Assembly (NCBI GenBank): GCA_963921275.4
Contig: OZ001293.3
Span: 1,568,001-1,632,000 of the forward strand
Origin: an uncultured Hormoscilla sp.
Lineage (GTDB): Bacteria; Cyanobacteriota; Cyanobacteriia; Cyanobacteriales; Desertifilaceae
Direction of reading: 5' to 3'
Length of the DNA stretch: 64,000 nucleotides
In this document: positions 31,868 to 41,589 of the stretch, piece after piece
Position numbering within the stretch: position 1 is the first letter of the stretch
Layout of the letters: every line of letters begins with the position of its first letter
Made by a program: the position numbers and the translations under genes
Notes under the pieces: model-generated
Seen by the model: the letters and a program-made list of their open reading frames with translations, nothing else
Told to the model about the DNA's origin: nothing
The model's database searches: none

Positions 31868-32885
31868 ATGGGTTTAGTTTACGCAGACATTGAACTGATT
31901 AACGGGGATGACCTCACCTTCTACCGCCGGGGCCACATCTCAACAGACCAAATCAAACGCTGCCAGGTCAGGGCGCTAGTTGATAGCGGTGCTTATCTGC
32001 TGGCGATTCCTGAATCTATTAAGATACAACTAGATTTGCCTAAGCTGGACGAACAGCTTGCCTCCTTAGCAGATAATTCTCGGATCTCCCTAGACATTGT
32101 TGGTCCTGTTGAAGTCAGGTTTAAAGTGCGATTCGTTTAGTGTAAACTGCATACTAAGTATGTAGGGGACCACTAGCTGGGCTGACTGCCTGACACATCT
32201 GTATGAACACCGTATCAGGTTCGACACCTTAATGACCGAATAAGCTCTAACCAGATCTGGTCATAGTAATCATGCTCAGCTTTAAAGGAAGCAAAGCACG
32301 GTTGTGGAGCTCTGGGCAACAATGTATGACGGAAACCTCACATATTGGAGCACTCGATTAGGCCAGAACCCTGAACTGAACAAACGGGTAGCAACGCTGC
32401 TCAAAAGGCAAAAAGGAAAATGCCAGCACTGCGGATTAATTTTCAGAGATAGTGACAAATGGGAAGTGGACCACATAATTCCTCTCTCACGAGGGGGAAA
32501 AGACCGGTGGGACAATATCCAGCTGTTACACGGACATTGCCACGATGAAAAAACTGCACACGATGACAGCAACAGCCGTACTCATGACAAGAGTGACATC
32601 GCGGAGGAGCCGGATGAGGTGAAAGTCTCACGGCGATGCCTTCGGGGTTTTTGCGAAGCATCCCGAAGGCATCGAACGGTTCTGAAGACTCCTCGGAGTG
32701 GTGACACCCTAGCTTAGTTTAACAATCGTCGCACTACTGTTGATGCATTGGTTTTACCCGATGGCAGTAATGTTTTACTGGGGGCTATTCCCCTGGAAGG
32801 CATGGATGTTTTGATTGACCCTAAGCAGCAAAGGTTAATTGTCAATCCCGACAATCCTGACATGGCTGTGACGATCTTAAAATAA
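31868..32885 (+). pseudogene. Clan AA aspartic protease interrupted by a group II intron remnant
   Basis: ALVDSGA motif; exons join in frame as VEVRFK|NRRTTVDALVL..LLGAIPLEGMDVLIDP. Confidence 0.85.
32126..32723 (+). mobile_element. Internally deleted group II intron (598 nt) retaining only the IEP HNH tail
   Basis: 5' GTGCGATTCGTT; GKCQHCG..EVDHIIP..LHGHCH; domain V GAGCCGGATGAGGTGAAAGTCTCAC; 3' end TTAGTTTAAC. Confidence 0.9.
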
Positions 32886-32950
32886 TATCCGCATCTAGAG
32901 ATAATTACAAACCTTGCTGGGAGGAAAAATATACATATTTAAGAGCAGCA

Positions 32951-33290
32951 TTGAAATCTGTTCAGTTTGTAATTGATGCTCAGGGTCAAAGGACAGGGGC
33001 GTCTCCTGGTCGCTCGATGTCTCCCATCGCACTACCCGGGAGACATCGTATTCGCACTACCCAGGAGACGCCGCGCGCTACTCGCACGTTCCCAGGCAGA
33101 GCCGTGGGAACGAGGGGGGGACACAGATAGAAGATAGGGAAGATGAAGCGATTGTAACAGCAGCTTTGGCGCAGTTGCAATCAGCGGGAAATAGTCCAGA
33201 AAAGGCAGGTTGGCTAGATTGGGAAGCTGTTAAAGATGAATGGGATGAAGATTGAGGGTTTTTAGATGTATCGAGTCATACTGTTAGCAT
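32951..33290 (+). pseudogene. Remnant antitoxin plus start of a RelE-like toxin, disrupted by palindromic inserts
   Basis: MKSVQFVIDAQGQRTG..GWLDWEAVKDEWDED*, then MYRVILLASA truncated. Confidence 0.45.
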
Positions 33291-33297
33291 CTGCACA

Positions 33298-33484
33298 TTA
33301 TGATTTAATCGAAGAACTACGAGATGCAGGCTATTATCATCTGAGAAATGATAGCTACTTCGGTCCAGTCACAGAACGAGGAGTAAAACAGTTTCAGCGG
33401 GATAATCAGTTATTCCCTGATGGAATAGCGGGTCCTTAAACCCGAAACATACTCCGCCTGCGAAATCAGCAGCGCCGTCGGTAA
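33298..33484 (+). pseudogene. Partial duplicate of the adjacent peptidoglycan-binding gene
   Basis: Near-copy of 33674-33845 with CAA>TAA at ~33436. Confidence 0.7.
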
Positions 33485-33491
33485 TAAGAGT

Positions 33492-33875
33492 ATGAAAAAT
33501 ACCATCATAGTTGCGGCTCTAATCATCTCCACGCTCTTTGGTATCATTAATATAAACGTAGAGCCAGCAGAAGCAGGGTACTGGCGATGTGAAGGCTGTG
33601 TCCCTTGGACACAGGGGGGAGATGATGACCGTGGCAGCTATTGTTTTCGTCTCGGTGACAGGGGGCCACTGATTTATGACTTAATCGAAGAACTACGTAA
33701 AGCGGGCTATTATCATCTGATAAATGGTAGCTACTTTGGTCCAGTCACAGAACGCGCTGTCATCAAGTTCCAACGCGATAATCAGTTACGTCCTGATGGA
33801 GTGGCGGGCCCTCAAACCCAGAACCTACTCCTCCTGCGAAATCAACAGATCCTGAAGTTGCCCAATAGCTGGTAA
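33492..33875 (+). CDS. Secreted peptidoglycan-binding domain protein
   Basis: Signal peptide; FGPVTERAVIKFQRDNQLRPDGVAGPQT. Confidence 0.85.
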   Translation: MKNTIIVAALIISTLFGIININVEPAEAGYWRCEGCVPWTQGGDDDRGSYCFRLGDRGPLIYDLIEELRKAGYYHLINGSYFGPVTERAVIKFQRDNQLRPDGVAGPQTQNLLLLRNQQILKLPNSW

Positions 33876-34027
33876 AAGGTCAGTTGATAGTGGTCAACTG
33901 ACAAATAACAACCAACAACTGACAACCAACAGGCGAATAATGATATTTGGGTTATTTTATCATATATATGCCTACATGTCAACAATATTCTCAAAGACAA
34001 AAAAAGATGCCATCACCAAAAAAATTC

Positions 34028-34057
34028 TTGACAGTAGAGGCGGCTGAATGCTAACTT
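34028..34057 (+). promoter_or_regulatory. Sigma70-type promoter of tRNA-Leu
   Basis: TTGACA-N18-TAACTT with extended -10 TG, ~10 nt upstream of the tRNA. Confidence 0.6.
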
Positions 34058-34067
34058 AGAGATAGCT

Positions 34068-34149
34068 GCGGATGTGGCGGAATTGGTAGACGCGCTAGAT
34101 TTAGATTCTAGTGTCTTATGACGTGAAGGTTCAAGTCCTTTCATCCGCA
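34068..34149 (+). tRNA. trnL: tRNA-Leu(TAG)
   Basis: Acceptor stem GCGGATG/CATCCGC; anticodon arm CTAGA-TTTAGAT-TCTAG; variable arm; T loop TTCAAGT. Confidence 0.95.
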
Positions 34150-34185
34150 TTAGTCCTAATTTGTCAAATTTGTCCATGCTCCCGT

Positions 34186-35229
34186 TCAGTCTTGGTGATG
34201 GAACCAGTTCTGTTCGTGCAGACGTTCCCAGGCTTTACGGAGATGATTGTGTTTGAAGAGGTGGCGCTTGCGATCGCTCCATTCGAGTACACCGGTGATT
34301 GCCTGTTCGCAATCAACCGCCGCTTGGGGGTCTTCGGTGGCGACCCAATGAATGGTTGCCAGCATTTCCATGCCGTAAGGGGTTTCAAAGCCAAAAATCA
34401 GGTTGCCAACTCGTTCTAGTCGTTCGTTGGCCTCGGGGTGTGCTGCTAGAAAGCGATGGGCGGCCTGGAGACCATCAGGGAGAAAGTAAATTTGAGAACT
34501 ATTAGTCCTATCTCCGTAACCTCGAATAAAATGCCCATCAATTCTTTGCAAAGCATGATTGAGATTATCGGCATAGGGACCAAATTTATGTTTGACGTAG
34601 CGCAGCTTTAACGGTTCGCCAGCGACTTGTAGGAAGTAGGCAAGTTTCTGAATTTCTAGCTTAGTCAAGCGATAACCTGGAATGTCGTACAGTTCCAGCA
34701 GACGAATGAACAAAGCCCGGGCGCGAGTCATCTTCGGCTTAGAAGTAGCAACAGGCATTTGAGCAGCCAGACGTGCGCCCATCGGTTCAAAGATAACAAC
34801 CCGCACCTCTGGCAAGTTGGCAAAGGCTAGGGTAATCATAGGTTTAACCTGTGCCCAGTCTAAGCCGCCGTTACCGCATCCCAGTGGAGGGATGGCAAGA
34901 GATTTAATCTCAAATTGTTGCACCTCAGCAACTAAAGCTTTTAGTCCAGTTTCAATATCTGATATTTTTGACTTTCCTCTCCAGTGACCTTTGGTGGGAA
35001 AGTTAATAATGTATCTAGGGTTGAACAAACTACCTGTGGCAAAGGTGAACATGTGACCGAGTTGCAGCTCTTTAGCATCACAGGCTTTTTTATACTGGCG
35101 GAAATTTTATGGAAAAGCCTGTTTGAACAGCAAGGCAATACCTTTGCTCATGACACCGACGCAGTTGATGGTGTTAACCAGAGCTTCTGTGTTAACTTCG
35201 AGTAGGTTGCCTTGCCTAAACTCAATCAT
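34186..35229 (-). pseudogene. darG: DarG macrodomain antitoxin with a nonsense codon at codon 41
   Basis: [64 protein letters not shown] at 35109-35107. Confidence 0.9.
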
Positions 35230-35265
35230 TGCTTTGCTCCAGTTCCATTACAGCTATTTTAAAAC

Positions 35266-35892
35266 TTAGTAGTACCAATTAGAATAAACCTTAACGGGAG
35301 GTTGGTGGTCAACATTGCCTAAAATTTGTATAACCTGCTCCTGATATCGGCCATTGATGACCCCAATCTCTCGGATCAGTCTCCAAGGGCAGCATTCGTA
35401 AACTAGGAACTCTACTTGTCGGCGACACTTACGATTTGGATAGTCTTCAGTGTCAAACCAATACTTAGATTCCATGAGTTCCCAGTCAATAACCTCATAC
35501 AACCTGTCGAGATCGTCAAAAAAGTCAGAGTATGTCATGATTGCATGACCGTTTGTAAAGAGGAAAAAAATCTTCAAAGCTACTGATTCTGCTTCAACGA
35601 CAAGATAAATTACAGGGTTTTGTCCTTCCTGATAGCCTTCGACGTTGCCTGTACTGATTGAGTATAGCATAGGAGAACGGGGAGCAAAGTAAAACGGGAC
35701 ATAATCGTGTAAAGTACCACCAGCACTACAAGAAACCCGGATTCCGGCTCGTCTATCCTGTATATTTTTGTGAGCGATATCGATGTAATTTATTTCTTTT
35801 TGTTCTTGCTTGCTTTTGGCAATTATTCCGCCCGCAAGTAGGATAGAAGGCAAGTTTTTGATATGGGTGATGTGGTAAATATCAATAGGCAT
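35266..35892 (-). CDS. darT: DarT ssDNA ADP-ribosyltransferase toxin (DUF4433)
   Basis: IYHITHIKNLPSIL, HDYVPFYFAPRSPMLY and RQVEFLV. Confidence 0.9.
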   Translation of the reverse strand: MPIDIYHITHIKNLPSILLAGGIIAKSKQEQKEINYIDIAHKNIQDRRAGIRVSCSAGGTLHDYVPFYFAPRSPMLYSISTGNVEGYQEGQNPVIYLVVEAESVALKIFFLFTNGHAIMTYSDFFDDLDRLYEVIDWELMESKYWFDTEDYPNRKCRRQVEFLVYECCPWRLIREIGVINGRYQEQVIQILGNVDHQPPVKVYSNWYY

Positions 35893-36055
35893 TGGTCATG
35901 CATTCATGTCGCTAGTTGTACCAGTTTGCTTAAGTAGTCGGACAAAAACTCTTTATATTTGGGTAACTCAGGCATTATTCTACTGACAACGAACAACCTT
36001 CGGACAGGCGGGACAAGTCCTAAGCTACTAACTACTTATTTCTTTCCTACCATAC

Positions 36056-38371
36056 TCACCCGCTTAATCTTACCCAAACCCTGAGTATCCCGGAGCAATG
36101 TTGCAGACGTAGCCGCAGCAGATTGTAGCTAGTCTCCTTACCGCCATAACGCCAGAGGACATAAGCCTGAGAAATCTCATCGATCGCCCCAGCCGCCTCC
36201 GAGTGATAATGTGGGCGTAATGCTGTAGCATACTCCAAGGGAGTTTGAGCCGGATGCTTAGGATATCCCTGAGCCTTTAACAGATCCAGCATTTGCCAGT
36301 AGATACTTTCAATGGGAGGCAACTTAGCCAGCTTCTGGCTGTGAAGCCACCGCCCCAACAGATTCCCACCCAACCATCCCAGAAAGGCCAGGCCGCAGGC
36401 CAGCATCAGACCAGTCAACAATCCCACCCAGCCACTGGTAAACAGTCGCCACAGCCAGATGAGCGATTGCCCTGCCCACCGGAAAATCCCACCAAACAGA
36501 GTCGCGAATAGATTCCGGACCGGACTGGGAAACCAACCGGCGACCCAATGCCAGAACTGTCGTAGGACACCAAAAGTCTGATAATCTTCAACCGAAGGGG
36601 GAATCAGTTCGTGACCGGGAATGGGGTCAAAAGCAAACCAACCGTACTGGGGAAAATACACCTCCGTCACCGCATAGGCGTCACTATTGCGAACCTCATA
36701 AAGACCAGTGAAAGGATTGAACTCTCCCGGTCCAAAGCCCACCGCTAACCTTGCAGGTACGCCGATGGAACGCAGCATAATTGTTAAAACCGTAGAGAAG
36801 TGGTCGGGATAGCCACCTTCGTAATCGAACAGAAAAGCCTCTACCAGATCCCGTTCTTCATCTAATACAGGCAAGTTGGGCTGAATTGTATAATGCTGCT
36901 TTAAATATTGTGCCAGATAGAGAGCTTGCTCATAGGCAACAGTCACGGGCTTTTCTGATTTTGCCAATATCTCTTCAGTCCGTTGGCGCACCCTGTCAGC
37001 AATTAAGGAGGGAATTTGCAGGTACTTATCCTCGATACTAGCTGTATACACCGATCGCGCTTGTCCCAATTGAGTGCGATCGCGCAAGGGAACTTGAGAG
37101 ATAACAGTATAAGTATCGCCATCCAGCAAACCTAGAGGCGATCGCAAAGAGTCTTCCGCATCGACCTCAACCTTCTTAGTAAAAAAGAAAAGTTGCTTCG
37201 GTTGGGTCATAGCGGGAATAATATTCGGCAGTTCCGAAACTATAGAATAGGTTTGCACCACCTCTCTAGTTTGAGCCTGAGTCGGCCTACTCGGCAAAAA
37301 GAACCGATAGGACCAGCTAGGCCGTTCCACAGTTGCCGTCTGTTCGCGAGAAATCTCCCAACCATGACCGGTGTAGCGGTCAAAACCCAACACCCGCCAA
37401 AAACCTGCCGCCTGCGATCGCACCCGCATCACCACCCTCGGTTGCATCTGTCCCCGCAGGTTCTGGTTAATCTTAGTATTAAAGCCGTAATAAAAAGTGT
37501 CATCTAGTTCCGTACCATCGCTCCCCCTACCACCGGTGCCCTCACCGTCCGATTCAGCATTTCCTTCTCTAACATAGCCAGGATTAGCAATCCCATCAAT
37601 TTCCGGTCGGTCAGCTTCTTCCACTTGATTAGAAGCACTCACCGGAAAAGTCCGCAATTGATAGCCCGGCACCCTGGGTAAAGACGCAAAAATTGCCAAA
37701 CCTAATGTGACAATTAACAGCAATATCAGACTCAAACGTCCCAGAGATAGTTCTGGTGGTAGCGATGGTAATAATTTGCGGAGATTTTTTCTACTAGGAC
37801 CAACTTTAGTCCGACTAGGAATTAAACCTAGGCGGGAGCGGTAATCTAAAACCAGAGTTGGCAAAGCTAAGGCCAAAAATAGCAGCAAAAGAGGGGCAAA
37901 AGCCAAAGTTTGAGACAGAGTACCAGCAACCCCAATCAAGATCAGCCCGATCGCCATCGAGTATCCCAAATCATGACGGCGGGGGAGGTCAAAACTGTGG
38001 AGTACCTGGAGTTGAATCAACAACTCTGCCAACACTAGCCTAGTATCATTCAGCTGAGTGAACAGGTTACCCAAGAAAGCAAACAGGGCCACCAGCATAG
38101 CCATCGCCAGTAGAAACTTCACTGCCACATTGCGTTTTCTGCGCCGATGCCAACTCCACGTAGCACCAACCACACTCAGGGGCACCCCCCAGAAACTCAT
38201 CTGGGTTCCGGCCGCCACATCCGTAGCAATAATTCCCACAATCACTAGCGCTTGTACTAAAACCCGTAAGAGGAGCGAATCCTCCGGCACTGGGAGAGGC
38301 AACGCCTGAATGCGTCGCCACAGTTCGCCAAAGATTGGTATATCTGACCTGCTTGCAGAGGAGTTAGACAT
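36056..38371 (-). CDS. DUF3488/transglutaminase-like/DUF4129 membrane protein
   Basis: N-terminal TM helices; GGYPDHFSTVL, DAYAVTEVYFP and QTPLEYA. Confidence 0.88.
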   Translation of the reverse strand: MSNSSASRSDIPIFGELWRRIQALPLPVPEDSLLLRVLVQALVIVGIIATDVAAGTQMSFWGVPLSVVGATWSWHRRRKRNVAVKFLLAMAMLVALFAFLGNLFTQLNDTRLVLAELLIQLQVLHSFDLPRRHDLGYSMAIGLILIGVAGTLSQTLAFAPLLLLFLALALPTLVLDYRSRLGLIPSRTKVGPSRKNLRKLLPSLPPELSLGRLSLILLLIVTLGLAIFASLPRVPGYQLRTFPVSASNQVEEADRPEIDGIANPGYVREGNAESDGEGTGGRGSDGTELDDTFYYGFNTKINQNLRGQMQPRVVMRVRSQAAGFWRVLGFDRYTGHGWEISREQTATVERPSWSYRFFLPSRPTQAQTREVVQTYSIVSELPNIIPAMTQPKQLFFFTKKVEVDAEDSLRSPLGLLDGDTYTVISQVPLRDRTQLGQARSVYTASIEDKYLQIPSLIADRVRQRTEEILAKSEKPVTVAYEQALYLAQYLKQHYTIQPNLPVLDEERDLVEAFLFDYEGGYPDHFSTVLTIMLRSIGVPARLAVGFGPGEFNPFTGLYEVRNSDAYAVTEVYFPQYGWFAFDPIPGHELIPPSVEDYQTFGVLRQFWHWVAGWFPSPVRNLFATLFGGIFRWAGQSLIWLWRLFTSGWVGLLTGLMLACGLAFLGWLGGNLLGRWLHSQKLAKLPPIESIYWQMLDLLKAQGYPKHPAQTPLEYATALRPHYHSEAAGAIDEISQAYVLWRYGGKETSYNLLRLRLQHCSGILRVWVRLSG

Positions 38372-38426
38372 GTTAATTCATAGATTTGGGATGCTACAAT
38401 TAATGTAACATATCCACCCAACCCAT

Positions 38427-39518
38427 CTAAGTAGGACAAACAGCAAAAATCAGGGGAGTAGTAGACTCTGTGGGAAACTCAATCACCAAGCAGTAAGTCT
38501 GTAAGGCTTGAATATCTGACAATTCTACAGTCAAACTGCCGGTATTTTCTCGTTGCGCGATCGCCTCTGTCTGGTCTCCGGTCAACTTTAACCTACCAGC
38601 ACAAGGCATCTGAGCCTGAATCTCCAACCAAGATACACCATCTCTAATATAGTAATTAGCCCGAACAATCAACTTCCCAGCCCTAGTCAGCCATTCTCTG
38701 GACACCACTGGTCCCGACAAGTTTAATGACAGAGTCAGACCATTCAAAATCTGCCTTGCTGCCAGTAAGGATAGTTGCATCTGTTGGGTAGGCGTTGTGG
38801 TTTCATAACTGCTGGGGAAATTCTTCTGGTCTACTGGACCACGATGGGTAGACTCTAACTGCCCCCATTGATTGAACCGATACTCTAAGAGCACCATACC
38901 AGCTAACTCGTTCAGAGTCTGGAGGTGGTTAGGAAACAGCTCGCCGGTAGCCTGAACTAATTTAGCACCTTCACGCAGTCCCGAGCGGGCGATAAGCTGA
39001 CATTGCTCTAGCAGCTGAGCTAAGATAGATTCGGGGAGTTTAACTGGCACTGGCAGGTTCAGGTAAAATAGCTGGGCAGTCCAGGGTAGTTCGGGAACTC
39101 CCGAAAACAATGTGGAGTCAGAAATATCATCATAGTATTCGCAAACCTCTGTTTCCCAAGGAAATAGTGGCAGCTTTGATGCGATTTCCGATTTAATTCG
39201 GCGCTTTAAAACAGCCTGGAAACGATCTTGCACAGCAGGTATCTCTCCAATTTCAAGTGGTTGAGACTCCAGCGGTTGTCTAGGAGAACCGCTAGAGTCG
39301 GGTGTGAAAATATCAATTTCTGCCGCTACAAGCGGAATATCGTCACCCCACCATATATCTTCGTCTGGTGAAGTTCGTTCTCTGGAAGTTTTGGAATTCT
39401 CTAGGTTAGCTTGTGGCCCAGATGAAGGTGTAGATGCGTTCGCTTTTGGAGCTTGTAGCAGCCAAGCGAGTAATTCATCTGTGTTGGCTTCTGGCTCTCT
39501 ATTCATGTTTAGATGCAT
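38427..39518 (-). CDS. patU: PatU (unsplit)
   Basis: GEIPAVQDRFQAVLKRR..PLFPWET; immediately downstream of hetZ. Confidence 0.8.
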   Translation of the reverse strand: MHLNMNREPEANTDELLAWLLQAPKANASTPSSGPQANLENSKTSRERTSPDEDIWWGDDIPLVAAEIDIFTPDSSGSPRQPLESQPLEIGEIPAVQDRFQAVLKRRIKSEIASKLPLFPWETEVCEYYDDISDSTLFSGVPELPWTAQLFYLNLPVPVKLPESILAQLLEQCQLIARSGLREGAKLVQATGELFPNHLQTLNELAGMVLLEYRFNQWGQLESTHRGPVDQKNFPSSYETTTPTQQMQLSLLAARQILNGLTLSLNLSGPVVSREWLTRAGKLIVRANYYIRDGVSWLEIQAQMPCAGRLKLTGDQTEAIAQRENTGSLTVELSDIQALQTYCLVIEFPTESTTPLIFAVCPT

Positions 39519-39536
39519 TCATTCCGGATAATAATA

Positions 39537-40682
39537 TCAGGTATTACGGATTTCCCAAGCTATTTGTAGCAGATGTGACCACTTTTTGGTGACTTGGCTA
39601 GGAGTGATGCCCAGATCGGAGGCGATCGCCTGATGGGGGAGTTTCTGTTGCTTAATGCCGAGCAAACTCCGCTGTTGTTGATTCAGCTTGTCCGTAAAAG
39701 TCTGCCATTGTCCGGGAGTCATGCCCAAGTTCCGTTCCAGGTCCGCTTCCAACCACTGATGCACCAATTCCCATCCCGATCCCGTAGCAAACTGGCTCAG
39801 ATGGTATTTAAAGCGCTGCTGTAAATAGTCCCGTTCCCGGGGAGTCAAACCCAGGATCTCTTCAATTTCCGATGTCGATAAATCCTGCAAGCGGAGGGCA
39901 AAGTAGTCAGCACAATCAAGTTGATTGCGGTCCTGTAAATACTGCATCAATTCTTCAACCACCTTGAAGCGCAGGTGATCTTCTATTGGGTTAGGATCCG
40001 CCGTCGCCACCATAACCTCTCGCACCTGCTTTCCCGGCGCTGCACCCCAGTTTCCGCCTGACTCACCAGTGGCTCCCTCTGCTGCCCTTTCCATATCAAC
40101 AAAAGTTTCTGGCGGTTGCTGCCCTGAAAAAGTTTGGGCGCGGAGAATAATCAGTTGTTGAGACCGACCTCGCAATAGTCGAATACGGCGTTTCCCGTAG
40201 CGTTCTACAAAAGCCATGTACTCTGACAACTCCAGCAAAGTTTTCGGTTGATAGGTAACCGGCAGTTCTGATTCCCGGCGCAAGGAATTCAGCGCCTCTA
40301 TGTAAAAACCCTGCAAAAAATCTTCAATCAGAGTCAGCCTCCCTTGATAGCTGGATGGCAGCCCTGATGGAGTAATGTAGCGATAGACGATCGCACTCAG
40401 AGAGCTGTGTAATTCCACCCGTCCTTGGCGAGACCCCAAATTATAGTAGTGAAGACATTGCTTGAGGCGCTGACTGGCTAGCGTCTGCGCCCATGAAGCT
40501 ATTTCGCCGGAGGCTTGAATCCGCTTGCTTTCAGAGCATATCCGCGTCACTTCTGTGGCTATACGTTTTGCCACCTCTTGACAGTTTCCCTCTGATGCAC
40601 GGGTAGACTGTTTAAGTTTTCTCAACAGGAGCTGAAAAACTTTCTCAAAGATTGCCTCCACGATCGGCACCAATCTCCCCAT
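39537..40682 (-). CDS. hetZ: HetZ family regulator
   Basis: RICSESKRIQASG, GRVELHSSLSAIVYRYI and RERDYLQQRFKYH. Confidence 0.88.
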   Translation of the reverse strand: MGRLVPIVEAIFEKVFQLLLRKLKQSTRASEGNCQEVAKRIATEVTRICSESKRIQASGEIASWAQTLASQRLKQCLHYYNLGSRQGRVELHSSLSAIVYRYITPSGLPSSYQGRLTLIEDFLQGFYIEALNSLRRESELPVTYQPKTLLELSEYMAFVERYGKRRIRLLRGRSQQLIILRAQTFSGQQPPETFVDMERAAEGATGESGGNWGAAPGKQVREVMVATADPNPIEDHLRFKVVEELMQYLQDRNQLDCADYFALRLQDLSTSEIEEILGLTPRERDYLQQRFKYHLSQFATGSGWELVHQWLEADLERNLGMTPGQWQTFTDKLNQQQRSLLGIKQQKLPHQAIASDLGITPSQVTKKWSHLLQIAWEIRNT

Positions 40683-40933
40683 TACGACTTCTTTGCTATC
40701 AATGACCCTAACACACCCACCAGCATACTCAAAACTTTACGCTCATTGGCCAATCCCGTTCGCGTAGGCGTAGCCCTGTGCGCGCAGCGCAATCGCCGGT
40801 GGGCATGGTACCTTATAATTTATAGCATTGACCAAAAATCTTGCTACCAAGGATCCGCCCGCTCGTCTTGTCGCCGCCATTTGGGCCATCTCATCATCCC
40901 TACCCACAGCATGAATACCCGAGAAGTCTAATT

Positions 40934-41404
40934 ATGAACTTAGACCAACAAATTAAACTGTTGATTGACCAAGCTCCCACCAGCACCCCCTTCTTGATGG
41001 AGGCGATCGCTCCTGTACTCAAGTCGATCGCTTCGCAGTTAAAGCACTCGCAATATTATATCATACAGAGCGCAGATGACAATTGGGTGTTAACAACTCT
41101 GAGCAATCGGGTCCAACCCGAGCTGCAAAAAAATGTCATTTATGCCTTTCCTACCCAGAAAGACGCCGCCAATACCGCCTATGCCCGACAAGACCCGAGG
41201 GCGATGGCCTTGCCACATCCTGTCACTCACATTTTATTTCAGATGGTAGCAATGGAAACTGTCGATAGTCTGGTGTTCTTTGAGACCCCCGGAAATCTCG
41301 ACGCCGGTACTGAAGTTGAGCGTGCTGATGTACAAAAATTAATTTTCTCATATATGCAGCTTCTCAAGCGCAAGTCTAATAATATCCCCGACGATATCGC
41401 CTAA
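40934..41404 (+). CDS. Conserved cyanobacterial hypothetical protein
   Basis: WVLTTLSNR..VIYAFPT..PVTHILFQ..IPDDIA; divergent from hetZ. Confidence 0.75.
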   Translation: MNLDQQIKLLIDQAPTSTPFLMEAIAPVLKSIASQLKHSQYYIIQSADDNWVLTTLSNRVQPELQKNVIYAFPTQKDAANTAYARQDPRAMALPHPVTHILFQMVAMETVDSLVFFETPGNLDAGTEVERADVQKLIFSYMQLLKRKSNNIPDDIA

Positions 41405-41589
41405 CAATTCAAAATTCTGGCATTGACAACTGAGGCAAGTCCCGGCCTTGGGCTATCCTAACTGTCCGACGCGGGAGCGCTATGAACATGAATAAATAAT
41501 CAACAACTTTCCCTTTTCAACTTTCCCTTTTCAACTTTCCCTGGGGACCGCCTGGGAACACGCTGCGCTATTCTCAATTTACAACGCCA

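Noticed and set aside
32304..32717. Stand-alone HNH endonuclease gene
   Set aside because: It is the C-terminal remnant of an intron-encoded protein and runs into domain V.
34068..36050. Integrative element at tRNA-Leu carrying darTG
   Set aside because: I found no integrase and no duplicated tRNA 3' end.
41502..41541. 14-bp triple repeat, plus GACAACT/AACAACT heptamer runs at ~33900, ~48310 and ~50045
   Set aside because: Common short tandem repeats of filamentous cyanobacteria with no further structure.
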